This document shows positions 1 through 8,727 of a stretch of 64,000 nt of DNA, in pieces. Both the position numbers and the translations under genes were made by a program. The stretch lies in contig JBCCQY010000014.1 of NCBI GenBank assembly GCA_039208735.1, positions 26,916 through 90,915 of the forward strand, written 5' to 3'. The stretch is from Myxococcota bacterium. Its GTDB lineage: Bacteria > Myxococcota_A > UBA796 > GCA-2862545. The notes under the pieces were generated by a model. It saw nothing but the letters and a program-made list of their open reading frames with translations, was not told where the DNA came from and searched no databases. Each line of letters opens with the position of its first letter. The first letter of the stretch is position 1.

Positions 1-804
1 GAGCGGGTCTCTTCGGTGCTCGACAATCTCCGTCAGGTCAGCCAACCAGGGCTGCTTGCCCCGGAGCGGTGGTCGGTTTCGGCACTCGCGGAAAACGTAC
101 TTGAGTTGCTGGGCATGCCGATTCGGCCCAAGGTGCAACTGCAGGTGGAATCGGGTTTGTTCGCCTCGGGACCGCAGGCCATGGTCGTCCGCATTGTGGC
201 TTCCTTAGTCAGATACGTGCTTCAGCATCGTCGTGAGGCCTTTCTCGCGGCGCGAACCCATCGGGGCCATCCTACCGTAGTGGTGGGACCTACACCACAA
301 GCGCGGGGACGGCCTGTGGCGGTGCCGGCCACGCTCGCGGGTCAAGAACCCTTGGTCTGGCACTTTGGGGGCTCGCTGGAAGCGCATGCCGACGGTGAGG
401 ACGAGTGGCTCGTCCTTCAGCTTCCGCGGCCGCCGCTAAGCCGCGCCCGACGTGCCACTCAGGCCGTCCAACTGTTGGTGCTTGGCTCTCCACCGTTTCA
501 GCGCGATGTCGAACTGCGACTGCGGCCGCAGGGGTTCGCGTTTCAGATGTTGAACCACCGACTTGACGCGGTTGAGGTCCTCACCACCTCCGATGTCGAC
601 CTTGCGTTGATCGATCTCGATCTGGAGGGACCGGGTCCGCGGGGGCACGCGTTGGCCATTGACCTTGCCCCTCGGTTCCCAAAGGTCGAGTGGTTTGTCG
701 CCGTCCCGGCGAACACGAAGCCCCTTCCCATGGGGACGGTCCGCTTCGTGCGATGGCCCGAGGACTCGAACGATCTGGTTCGGGCAGCCCGAGGCGATGG
801 CTGA
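1..804 (+). CDS. 5'-truncated protein with a degenerate HATPase-like region and a C-terminal atypical receiver (REC)-like domain
   Basis: Frame is open from base 1. IVASLVRYVL resembles an eroded N-box and FGGSLEAH...LVLQLP resembles the end of a HATPase. The C-terminal VDLALIDLDLEGPGPRGHALA resembles REC beta3 with its Asp, but the N-terminal acidic pair and the KP motif are missing. Confidence 0.5.
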   Translation, partial: ERVSSVLDNLRQVSQPGLLAPERWSVSALAENVLELLGMPIRPKVQLQVESGLFASGPQAMVVRIVASLVRYVLQHRREAFLAARTHRGHPTVVVGPTPQARGRPVAVPATLAGQEPLVWHFGGSLEAHADGEDEWLVLQLPRPPLSRARRATQAVQLLVLGSPPFQRDVELRLRPQGFAFQMLNHRLDAVEVLTTSDVDLALIDLDLEGPGPRGHALAIDLAPRFPKVEWFVAVPANTKPLPMGTVRFVRWPEDSNDLVRAARGDG

Positions 805-806
805 CC

Positions 807-835
807 TTGCTCGTCAGCGTCTCTAGCGTTATCCT
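807..835 (+). promoter_or_regulatory. Putative sigma70 promoter for rpmB
   Basis: TTGCTC (807-812), 17-nt spacer, TATCCT (830-835), 65 nt upstream of the ATG at 901. Confidence 0.45.
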
Positions 836-900
836 GGCGATCATCTGCGTAGTGCCCCGTGCATCTGCGCCTCCACTCTCTTCCACGAACGAGGCTTCCC

Positions 901-1173
901 ATGGCTCGGAAGTGCATGTTGACGGGCAAGCGCCCCAACGTGGCGAACAAAGTGTCCCACTCCAACCGCAAGTCCAAAAAGCGCCAGCTGCCGAATCTGC
1001 AGGCACGTCGCTTCTGGTGGGCCGAAGGGGACTGCTTCGTCCGTCTTCGGGTCTCGACGCGGGCCATGCGCACCATCGATAAGGTGGGGCTCAACGCGTT
1101 TGCGACCCGAGAGGGCGTCGACCTCTCGAAGTATCGAGTCGACGGGCCGACCGAAGCGCCGATTCAAGGCTGA
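901..1173 (+). CDS. rpmB: 50S ribosomal protein L28, form without the four-Cys Zn site
   Basis: MARKCMLTGKRPNVANKVSHSNRKSKKRQLPNLQ...RLRVSTRAMRTIDKVG; GAGG RBS before ATG 901. Confidence 0.97.
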   Translation: MARKCMLTGKRPNVANKVSHSNRKSKKRQLPNLQARRFWWAEGDCFVRLRVSTRAMRTIDKVGLNAFATREGVDLSKYRVDGPTEAPIQG

Positions 1174-1184
1174 AGCGCCGATGA

Positions 1185-1207
1185 ACGCTGACGGTCGGCA
1201 TCAGCGT
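1185..1207. terminator. Hairpin between convergent rpmB and the small ORF, possible bidirectional terminator
   Basis: ACGCTGA (1185-1191) pairs with TCAGCGT (1201-1207); no U-tract. Confidence 0.3.
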
Positions 1208-1213
1208 CGACTT

Positions 1214-1393
1214 CTACAGCTTGAAGTCGATGATGGTGCTGCCTCGTTCGTCTCGCTTCGGCTCACGGCGTTGCCGCTCGTGTTCCTCGTCCGAAAACGG
1301 ACGGCGATCGTCGATGTGCAGCGGAATGCGGTGGTCTTTCCTCTGTCGCTCCTGGTCACGGCGGATACGGTCGATGATGTAGGTGTCCAGCAC
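1214..1393 (-). CDS. Small charged hypothetical protein, 59 aa, below the ORF-track cutoff
   Basis: GTG at 1393 to TAG at 1214: MLDTYIIDRIRRDQERQRKDHRIPLHIDDRRPFSDEEHERQRREPKRDERGSTIIDFKL. AGGAGG RBS 5 nt upstream; fills the gap exactly. Confidence 0.8.
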   Translation of the reverse strand: MLDTYIIDRIRRDQERQRKDHRIPLHIDDRRPFSDEEHERQRREPKRDERGSTIIDFKL

Positions 1394-1421
1394 TAGGACC
1401 TCCTTTTCGTCGCCTATCTGA

Positions 1422-1449
1422 ACTTTAGCACCAGAAGCGGTCAGGACAA
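1422..1449 (-). promoter_or_regulatory. Putative sigma70 extended -10 promoter for the 59-aa ORF
   Basis: Minus strand reads TTGTCC, 16-nt spacer, TAAAGT, with TGn immediately before the -10. Confidence 0.4.
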
Positions 1450-2220
1450 GTCCCCCTCGGGATCATCGACTGGATCCAACTGCCACAAGTCGTCGCGGAC
1501 CTCGGAGGTGGCAGGTGAAAGGCGAGCAATCGCGCGTTCTACAAGCGCCTCATAGAACGGCAGTGCCGCCGGGTGATGCGCCTGTAGCGCGGCGCGGTGA
1601 CCATCGAGGGTGGTCTGGTCTGACCGCGCGATGGGTCCGGTGAGGGCTTGGGGAAGGCCGAGTGCCGCGTTGTTCACCGAACGGAGGGCCAACGGCGTCA
1701 GCACGTCGAAGGCAACTTCGCGCCCGACCCCAGCGTGCTCGAGGACCGTCGCGGCTTCGTCCATCAACACCATGGCGAGGTTGCCGGCAATCACCGCGGC
1801 GGCATGGTACAGCCGCCGGTCGCCGGGAACCTCGAAGGCTCGCATGCCCACGTCATCCGCCAACCGGCGTGCTACGCCAAGGGCTTCAGGCTCACCCGCA
1901 AGGGCGACGGGAACGTCGCTGGGGTCCGGCAGCCCCAGTTCCGGGCCCGGAAAGGTCATCAGGGGATGAAAGCTGCCACGGCGTTGGTGGGGCGCAAGAA
2001 CGTCCAGGTCGAGCGCTCCTGCGCAATGCAGCACCACGGGCCCCTGCGGCACAGCCTGGGCGACCTCGGCGACCGCATGGTCAGGAACCGTGAGCAGCAC
2101 CACGTCGGAGTGCTTCGGGAGCGACAAGTCCCGGCCCACCGTTGTCACGTCGTACAACGGTGCGAAGAGCACCGCGAGACTCCGACCCAGTCGCCCTGGC
2201 CCAACGATGCAAACGTTCAC
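1441..2220 (-). CDS. Rossmann-like and DUF2520 domain oxidoreductase (family includes PanG-type ketopantoate reductases)
   Basis: IVGPGRLG dinucleotide-binding motif, LTVPD, HCAG, SFHPLMTF, LYHAAAVIAGN, ALTGPIARSD; GTG 2220 overlaps the upstream stop. Confidence 0.85.
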   Translation of the reverse strand: MNVCIVGPGRLGRSLAVLFAPLYDVTTVGRDLSLPKHSDVVLLTVPDHAVAEVAQAVPQGPVVLHCAGALDLDVLAPHQRRGSFHPLMTFPGPELGLPDPSDVPVALAGEPEALGVARRLADDVGMRAFEVPGDRRLYHAAAVIAGNLAMVLMDEAATVLEHAGVGREVAFDVLTPLALRSVNNAALGLPQALTGPIARSDQTTLDGHRAALQAHHPAALPFYEALVERAIARLSPATSEVRDDLWQLDPVDDPEGDLS

Positions 2221-3131
2221 GCGTTGGTATGGTGCAATGGCAGCGTATCGTTGGGCCGCCCGTCCTTTTTGATGCCATGGAACCGGAGGCGTTCGAGCTC
2301 CGAATCGACCTCCGCGCCAAACAGGATCGACATCGCCGTCAGCCAGAACCACAGCAGCAGAACGATGATGCTGACGAGGCTGCCGTAGGTCTCACTAAGA
2401 CCCCCGATGTTGCCGACGTAAAACGAAAAGCCCGCCGAAACGATGAGGAACGCCGCTGTGGCCATGACCGCTCCGGGGGTGAGGAACGCGAATCGGTGGC
2501 GCTTCCGGCATGGCGCGAAGTGGTAGAGCCATGACAGGTAGGTCGCCATGGCTAAGGCGAGTAGCGGCCACCGGACGATTTCGAGCGCGCGCTTCACCGC
2601 CTCGCCGATGTAGCCGAGCCATTCGAAGATCGGCAGAGCGATGAACGCGCCCGTCGCAAGGGCAGCGACGAGGAAACCCAGCAAAAGCAGCCCGATGCCC
2701 AGTAGGTTGTTGGCGACAAAGCCTCGAGTTTCTGGGAGGTCCCAGGCGATGTTGAGGCCGGTCACGAGCCCCTTCACACCCGTGTTGGCCGCCCATACCG
2801 AAGCCAGGAACGCCCCAACTGCACCGATGGTCAGCGACGTTCGTTCCTCGGCACTGGTGAGTCGGGTGAGCCGGGCTTCGATGAGATCCGCCGCTTCACC
2901 GGGGAGCAGGCTCATGTAGGGCCCGATGCTGTCGAGGACTTCAGCCGGATCTGCGACCATGGCCCAGATCGACACGCCGGTCGCCAAGGCGGGAAACAGC
3001 GCCAGAAGCCAGAAGAAGGCTACTCCTGCCGCGACCAGCGGCACGTGGTCGTGCTCGAACTCGATCCGCAATCGGTTTGCGAGGTACAGCCAAGTCTCTG
3101 GGCTGGTCCAAGAGACGGAAGATGCAGTCAT
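2217..3131 (-). CDS. YihY/virulence factor BrkB family membrane protein
   Basis: AAGVAFFWLLALFP, LNIAWDLPETRGF, RWP, PGAVMAT, YGSLVSIIVLLLWFWLTAMSILFGAEVD. Confidence 0.92.
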   Translation of the reverse strand: MTASSVSWTSPETWLYLANRLRIEFEHDHVPLVAAGVAFFWLLALFPALATGVSIWAMVADPAEVLDSIGPYMSLLPGEAADLIEARLTRLTSAEERTSLTIGAVGAFLASVWAANTGVKGLVTGLNIAWDLPETRGFVANNLLGIGLLLLGFLVAALATGAFIALPIFEWLGYIGEAVKRALEIVRWPLLALAMATYLSWLYHFAPCRKRHRFAFLTPGAVMATAAFLIVSAGFSFYVGNIGGLSETYGSLVSIIVLLLWFWLTAMSILFGAEVDSELERLRFHGIKKDGRPNDTLPLHHTNA

Positions 3132-3278
3132 GATCGGCCCCCCGGGCCACCATAGACCGATGGACGCGGGCGGGCGTGTGACCTGTGCGTTACCCCATCC
3201 GGGTTCGGGGCGTGCGACCCCGCCCGACACTCAAACCCCACGATCGCTCGGTGCGCATCGTGACCCCGAGGCAGCGAA

Positions 3279-3662
3279 ATGCGTGGCTACCGGCCTGAGC
3301 GCGTGGCCGAGCTCATCCACCGGGAGCTTGGGCAACGCCTGTTGACCGAAATCAAAGATCCGCGGGTGACCCCGATCTCGATTACCCATGTGCAGGTCAA
3401 CCGGGATCTCTCGCGAGCAGTGATTCAGTTTCTGCCGCTTGGCGGAGGGACGGTCAGTCCCGATCTGATCGATGGGCTCGATCACGCTGCGCGACAGCTG
3501 CGAGGTCCAATTGGTCGGGCGTTGCGTTTGCGCCACGCGCCCGAACTCGTGTTCGAAGTCGACACGCATACCGAAGAGGCGGTCCGCATGACGCAGATCC
3601 TCGACGAGATCGGTGAGGAGCTGCGGCAAGGCGAAGACGCCGAGACAGGAGACGAGGAGTGA
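3279..3662 (+). CDS. rbfA: Ribosome-binding factor A
   Basis: RPERVAELIHREL, IKDPRV, VNRDLSRA, LRLRHAPELVFEVD; directly upstream of truB. Confidence 0.96.
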   Translation: MRGYRPERVAELIHRELGQRLLTEIKDPRVTPISITHVQVNRDLSRAVIQFLPLGGGTVSPDLIDGLDHAARQLRGPIGRALRLRHAPELVFEVDTHTEEAVRMTQILDEIGEELRQGEDAETGDEE

Positions 3663-4621
3663 ACCTCAACGGCTTTTTGGTCGTCGATAAACCAGCTGGC
3701 ATCACCTCCCACGACGTGGTGGCAGCCGTTCGAGCGTGCACTGGGATCAAGAAAGTGGGCCACACCGGCACGCTGGATCCCTTTGCGACCGGTGTGTTGC
3801 CCCTTGCGCTGGGCCGTTCGACCCGACTCATTCAGTTTCTCGATGAGTCGATCAAGGTCTACGATGCGACCATTCGCTTTGGAACCAGCACCAATACGGG
3901 GGATCCGACGGGTGAAGTCGCAACGACGGCACCCTTGCCCGAAGCCGATGAGGCCGACGTGCTGACCGTGCTCGATGGCTTTCTCGGAGAACGGCAACAG
4001 GAGCCGCCGGCCTTCTCGGCGGTCAAGGTCGCCGGCAAGCCGATGTACCACTACGCCCGCAAGGGTGAACCCGTGAAAGCCAAGGCGCGGACGATCCATC
4101 TGCATGCACTTGAGCTCATCGACTACGACCAACAGACCCTCCGCATCAAGATCACGTGCAGTCGGGGCACCTACGCACGGGTGTTGGCCGACGAGATCGC
4201 GTTGGCGTTGGGCTCGGCGGGACACCTCGAGGCGTTGAACCGGGATCGGTCGGGCCCCTTCTACATCGAAGATGCGGTAGGTCTCGACACGATTGCAGCG
4301 TTCGTAACCGCTGAAGAAGGGCATGAGTGGCCCGCCGTGCTCATGGCGAAACGGGGTGAGCCCCGGGTGCCCTGGCGAAGCAAGCAGGATGTCGCAGAGG
4401 CCCTGTCGACCCACATTCGATCCGAATTGCGGAGCCTCGATCACCTTCCGCTGGCCGACGTGCCCGCGCCAGATGCCGAGCGGGTTCGTCAGGGCGGCCA
4501 TCCGCCCCCGCCTCCGCGAGGGGTCGCGATGGGGGATCGGTACCTCGTCGTGTGTGGCGAACGGTTGGTGGCGGTGGCTGAGAACAGCCATCGTGGGCCA
4601 CGGCTGCTTCGCGTGGCGTGA
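3659..4621 (+). CDS. truB: tRNA pseudouridine(55) synthase
   Basis: DKPAGITSHDVV, KVGHTGTLDPFATGVL with the catalytic Asp, PPAFSAVKVAGKPMY, CSRGTYAR. Confidence 0.97.
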   Translation: MNLNGFLVVDKPAGITSHDVVAAVRACTGIKKVGHTGTLDPFATGVLPLALGRSTRLIQFLDESIKVYDATIRFGTSTNTGDPTGEVATTAPLPEADEADVLTVLDGFLGERQQEPPAFSAVKVAGKPMYHYARKGEPVKAKARTIHLHALELIDYDQQTLRIKITCSRGTYARVLADEIALALGSAGHLEALNRDRSGPFYIEDAVGLDTIAAFVTAEEGHEWPAVLMAKRGEPRVPWRSKQDVAEALSTHIRSELRSLDHLPLADVPAPDAERVRQGGHPPPPPRGVAMGDRYLVVCGERLVAVAENSHRGPRLLRVA

Positions 4622-4778
4622 TTTGCCTTGACGAGGTCTCGATCCTAGGGCACATCGCCAAGACGCGCGGGCGTCGTTGCATCGACCGCCCCACGATTTC
4701 TTTCACAACCACGCAGCCCTGGCGAGGGTGGGTGCCATCCCCATCCATCCGCTCGGGCTCGCGCGAGGAGAAGCAGAG
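4622..4778 (+). promoter_or_regulatory. rpsO 5' region: TTGACG -35 element and possible S15 autoregulatory leader
   Basis: TTGACG at 4628-4633 with a weak -10; complementary GGGTGG/CCATCC segments before the GAGGAG RBS. S15 leaders are known in many phyla, but no specific fold is confirmed here. Confidence 0.3.
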
Positions 4779-5048
4779 ATGGCACTCACCACTGAAGACC
4801 GCGCGACGATCGTGTCGGATTACGGCAGCAAAGAAGGCGACACCGGTTCGGCCGATGTTCAGGTTGCCTTGCTGACCAGCCGCATCAAGTACCTGACGGA
4901 TCACCTGAAGGTCCACAAGAAGGACCACAGTTCGCGCCGTGGATTGCTCAAGTTGGTTGGTCAGCGTCGCAAGCTGCTTCGCTACATCAAGAACAAGTCT
5001 GTGGAGCGCTACCAGACGCTCATCAAGCGTCTTGGAATCCGTCGCTGA
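4779..5048 (+). CDS. rpsO: 30S ribosomal protein S15
   Basis: 89 aa; [40 protein letters not shown]. Confidence 0.98.
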   Translation: MALTTEDRATIVSDYGSKEGDTGSADVQVALLTSRIKYLTDHLKVHKKDHSSRRGLLKLVGQRRKLLRYIKNKSVERYQTLIKRLGIRR

Positions 5049-5092
5049 GCGTCTGATTTCGTGCGTACCCGGTCATTCAAGGGTACTGAGCC

Positions 5093-5124
5093 CGCGGACG
5101 CAATGGTGCGTCCGCGATCTTTTT
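5093..5124 (+). terminator. Rho-independent terminator after rpsO
   Basis: Perfect 10-bp stem CGCGGACGCA/TGCGTCCGCG, loop ATGG, followed by ATCTTTTT. Confidence 0.75.
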
Positions 5125-5134
5125 CAGTGCCGAA

Positions 5135-5413
5135 CGACCGACGGAATGCTGCACCTTCGCAGATCTCCGACGCCGGGACATCACCGATGTCCCTGCGCCG
5201 CAGGTCTGTGAGGGCCTGAATCCCCAGACTGGGTTCCCCGAGAAGAAGACGGGAGGAGCCTGGTTAGGGCGGGCATGGGGTCGCAACTACGCGGAAACGC
5301 GAGTTTGCGATGCCGGATGCTGGATGGTGTGGACCTCCGCCCCTGGTCGATCGGCTGTCGAAACGTCCGAACGGGTGCGTGTGCAAACACGGGCCGGTCG
5401 GACTGGAGTACGC
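5135..5413 (+). promoter_or_regulatory. Structured pnp 5' leader with an RNase III-type long stem and GNRA-capped hairpins
   Basis: 13-bp stem 5154-5166/5202-5214 encloses an 8-bp hairpin at 5175-5193. GAAA-capped hairpin at 5281-5310. GCAA-capped hairpin at 5365-5403 abuts the GGAG RBS. Confidence 0.55.
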
Positions 5414-7534
5414 ATGACAGCTACGATTCCCAATCGAGTCACGGCCGAGGTACAGCTCGGCGAGTCCACCCTTACCTTTGAAACCGGTCAGCTTGCGAAG
5501 CAGGCTAGCGGCGCAGTCGTCGTTCGTTCGGGCGACACGATGGTGCTCGTCACCGCGGTGGCCGCTCCCGCCCAGCGTGTCTTCGACTTCCTTCCGTTGA
5601 CCGTAGATTATCAGGACCGCAACGGTGCGAGTGGCACCATTCCGGGTGGTTTCCTGAAGCGCGAAGGACGGTCCACCGAACGCGAGACGCTCATTTCGCG
5701 GCTCATCGATCGGCCTTTACGTCCCATGTTCCCGAAGCACTTCCGCGGCGCGGAATTGCAGGTCATTGCCACGGCGATGTCCTACGATCCCGACCACGAA
5801 TCGGATGTCCTCGCCCTCTGTGGTGCATCGGCGGCATTTCACATCTCCGATGCGCCCATGTCTGACCCCGTAGCGGGGGTTCGCGTTTGCCGGGTGGACG
5901 GTCAGCTCAAGGTCAACCCGAACAAGGCGGACATCCTCAAGGCCGACATCAACCTCATTATCGCGGGCACCCGCGACGCCATCACGATGGTGGAAGGTGG
6001 GGCGGCCGAAGCGCCAGAAGATGCCATGCTGGATTGCTTCGACCTGGCGCAGGAATGCATCGTCAAGATCATCGATGCCATTGAAGATCTACGCAAGCAA
6101 GTCGGCAAGCCCAAGATGGAGGTTCCTGAACCTCCCACGCTCGACGACAAGGTGACGAAATACATCGCTCGCTACGGCAAGCGGCCCCTGCAAAAAGCAC
6201 TAGCCACACCAGGCAAGCACGAGCGGAAGGCGGCGCTGAAGGAAGCGCGTGGCGCGATCATCGAAAAGGTCACCGCGAAGGATGAAGACCCCGAGGTCAT
6301 TGCCCAGAAGACCAGCGACGCCAAGGAGGCCTGGGAGGGCCTGCTTCGCAAGGTCATGCGCGAGCAGGTCATCGCCGAGTCGAAGCGGATCGACGGGCGA
6401 TCTCCCGACGAGATTCGCGACATTTGGTGCAACGTAGGGATGGCGCCTCGCGCGCACGGCTCGGCCATCTTCACCCGCGGTGAGACCCAGGCCTTTGTGA
6501 CCATCGCCTTGGGTACCGAGGTGGATGGACAGCGCCTCGAATTGCCCGGCGGCAAAGAAGAGCGCACCTGGATGCTCACCTACAACTTCCCTCCGTTCAG
6601 CACCGGCGAGGCCCGTCCCCTCCGCGGACCCAAGCGTCGCGAAATCGGTCACGGAGCGTTGTCGCGTCGCGCGTTGGTACCGGTCCTTCCCGATGCGAAG
6701 ACCTTCCCTTACGTGTTGCGTTCGACCTCCGAAGTCCTCGAGTCCAATGGGTCGTCATCGATGGCGACGGTGTGTGGCTCCACCCTTGCCCTCATGGACG
6801 CAGGGGTGCCCATCACCGAACCGGTGGCGGGGATCGCGATGGGTCTCATCAAGGAAGGCGAGGATTACGCCGTCCTGTCCGATATCCTCGGCGATGAAGA
6901 CCACCTCGGCGACATGGACTTCAAGGTCACGGGCACGTCGAAGGGCATCACGGCCTTCCAGATGGACTGCAAGATCAAGGGTGTGAGCCGTGAGATCATG
7001 GCCAAGGCCATGGCCCAGGCGCGCGATGGGCGACTGCACATCCTCGCCGAGATGAAGAAGGCCATCGAGGCTCCTCGCGAGGATCTCTCGCCTTATGCAC
7101 CGCGCATCACCACGATCCACATCAAGCCCGACAAGATTCGTGACCTGATCGGTCCTGGGGGCAAGGTGATCCGCTCGATCCAGGAGTCCTGTGAGGTGCG
7201 CATTACCGTCGACGACTCGGGTCGGGTCGACGTCGCGAGTGCGAACCAGGAAAACACCGACAAGGCCATTCAGATGGTCCGAGAAATCACCCAGGAAGCC
7301 GAGATTGGCTCGCTGTACGTCGGTGTGGTCAAGCGCATCGTCGACTTCGGCGCGTTTGTCGAGATCTTCCCTGGCACCGACGGCCTCATTCACATCAGCC
7401 ACCTCGCCCAAGAGCGCGTGGACAAGGTCACCGATGTCCTTCAGGAGGGTGATGAGGTGCTGGTTCGCGTCATTGATGTGGATCGGTCGGGCAAGATCCG
7501 GCTGTCGCGCAAGGAAGCGTTGGAAAGCCTCTGA
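5414..7534 (+). CDS. pnp: Polyribonucleotide nucleotidyltransferase (PNPase)
   Basis: [55 protein letters not shown] domain (IGPGGKVIR) and S1 domain; GGAG RBS before ATG 5414. Confidence 0.98.
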   Translation: MTATIPNRVTAEVQLGESTLTFETGQLAKQASGAVVVRSGDTMVLVTAVAAPAQRVFDFLPLTVDYQDRNGASGTIPGGFLKREGRSTERETLISRLIDRPLRPMFPKHFRGAELQVIATAMSYDPDHESDVLALCGASAAFHISDAPMSDPVAGVRVCRVDGQLKVNPNKADILKADINLIIAGTRDAITMVEGGAAEAPEDAMLDCFDLAQECIVKIIDAIEDLRKQVGKPKMEVPEPPTLDDKVTKYIARYGKRPLQKALATPGKHERKAALKEARGAIIEKVTAKDEDPEVIAQKTSDAKEAWEGLLRKVMREQVIAESKRIDGRSPDEIRDIWCNVGMAPRAHGSAIFTRGETQAFVTIALGTEVDGQRLELPGGKEERTWMLTYNFPPFSTGEARPLRGPKRREIGHGALSRRALVPVLPDAKTFPYVLRSTSEVLESNGSSSMATVCGSTLALMDAGVPITEPVAGIAMGLIKEGEDYAVLSDILGDEDHLGDMDFKVTGTSKGITAFQMDCKIKGVSREIMAKAMAQARDGRLHILAEMKKAIEAPREDLSPYAPRITTIHIKPDKIRDLIGPGGKVIRSIQESCEVRITVDDSGRVDVASANQENTDKAIQMVREITQEAEIGSLYVGVVKRIVDFGAFVEIFPGTDGLIHISHLAQERVDKVTDVLQEGDEVLVRVIDVDRSGKIRLSRKEALESL

Positions 7535-7995
7535 TGGCAGATTCGGTCTCCATTTCGGTTGCCCTTGAAGTGCTGCCGCACGGTGAGGGACTTCCCCTGC
7601 CGGCCTACCAGACGGCCGGAGCCGCAGGGGCCGATTTGGTGGCCGCAATCACCGAGCCGCTTGAGCTATCTCCAGGGACCCGCCACGCCGTGCCCACAGG
7701 CATTCGCTTGGCGCTCCCGGATGGCTACGAAGCGCAGGTCCGACCTCGATCGGGGCTTGCGTTGCGTCACGGCATCACCGTGGTGAATGCTCCCGGCACG
7801 GTCGATGCCGATTACCGAGGTGAGATCTTGGTTCCGCTTGTGAACCTCTCGGACGTCCCGTACTGCATCGAACGTGGGGAACGAATCGCTCAAATGGTGA
7901 TCGCTCCCGTCACGCGTGCGGTGTGGAGTGTCGTCGACGACGTGGGCGACAACACCGTGCGCGGAACGTCCAGATTTGGGTCGACCGGACGCTGA
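7534..7995 (+). CDS. dut: dUTP diphosphatase, trimeric type
   Basis: [43 protein letters not shown]. Confidence 0.96.
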   Translation: MADSVSISVALEVLPHGEGLPLPAYQTAGAAGADLVAAITEPLELSPGTRHAVPTGIRLALPDGYEAQVRPRSGLALRHGITVVNAPGTVDADYRGEILVPLVNLSDVPYCIERGERIAQMVIAPVTRAVWSVVDDVGDNTVRGTSRFGSTGR

Positions 7996-8628
7996 CTACT
8001 GGCGTTCGAAGTCGGTCAACCGACAGCTGACGATCTTGCTGCCGTCGATGGGTTCGAGGAAAATGTCGACCTCAGGCAGCCGGTTGGGCAGCATCCGGAA
8101 GATCATGTCCACGTCGGAGTACTTGGAACCAGCCGCGGGATCGATGGGAGAACTTGCACACGCCCGAATGAGAAGCGGCTCGGCGGTGGAGTAGGTCGCT
8201 CCCGTCGTCTCGAACATAAAGTTCTGGACGAAGGGATCGTCGAACGTGTCAATCACAAGCGTGAAGTTCGTGATCTGCGACGTCATTTCGAGATTCGCGT
8301 CCGGCGGGAACTCGGGATCCTGGGTGCAACCGCAAGGCGCCCCAGCGGGGTAGGGCGTGGTCACGAGCTGGATGTCCTGTTGGATCACCGACGTAATGCC
8401 AACTTCGGTTTCCTTGCCCGAACAGCTGTCGACCGCGACGTAGAACCCTTCGAGGTTCTCCACGTCATCTTTCACGGTGACCATGCCGTCAGGCCACTCT
8501 TCGACGGGGACCGTGCCCAGTGCTGTGGTCTGCAGCGCATCACAGGTCGCCTCGGTGGGAGCATCGTCGGACGAATCCCCCGAGCAGGCCATGAGCATCG
8601 TCAGCGCGAGCCCTACAACAAGACGCAT
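7996..8628 (-). CDS. Hypothetical acidic, Cys-containing lipoprotein
   Basis: Signal MRLVVGLALTMLMAC with lipobox; six further Cys; GGAGG RBS. Confidence 0.75.
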   Translation of the reverse strand: MRLVVGLALTMLMACSGDSSDDAPTEATCDALQTTALGTVPVEEWPDGMVTVKDDVENLEGFYVAVDSCSGKETEVGITSVIQQDIQLVTTPYPAGAPCGCTQDPEFPPDANLEMTSQITNFTLVIDTFDDPFVQNFMFETTGATYSTAEPLLIRACASSPIDPAAGSKYSDVDMIFRMLPNRLPEVDIFLEPIDGSKIVSCRLTDFERQ

Positions 8629-8727
8629 CGTTCCTCCAGGCCACGCCCCCTAACCTACGGAAGCATGGACCGCCGCGGCATCGGCCGCACGTTATGGCGA
8701 TAGGACGCCGACGGAGAGAGACCGCAC

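Noticed and set aside
1153..1182. 11-bp direct repeat GAAGCGCCGAT at 1153-1163 and 1172-1182
   Set aside because: Only two copies around the rpmB stop; probably a small local duplication, not an array or att site.
1100..1396. 98-aa plus-strand ORF
   Set aside because: Overlaps rpmB and is antisense to the 59-aa ORF, which has the strong RBS.
5125..5413. Possible SRP RNA, 6S RNA, tmRNA, RNase P RNA or known riboswitch in the rpsO-pnp spacer
   Set aside because: I could not find their signature sequences by eye; kept only as an unassigned structured leader.
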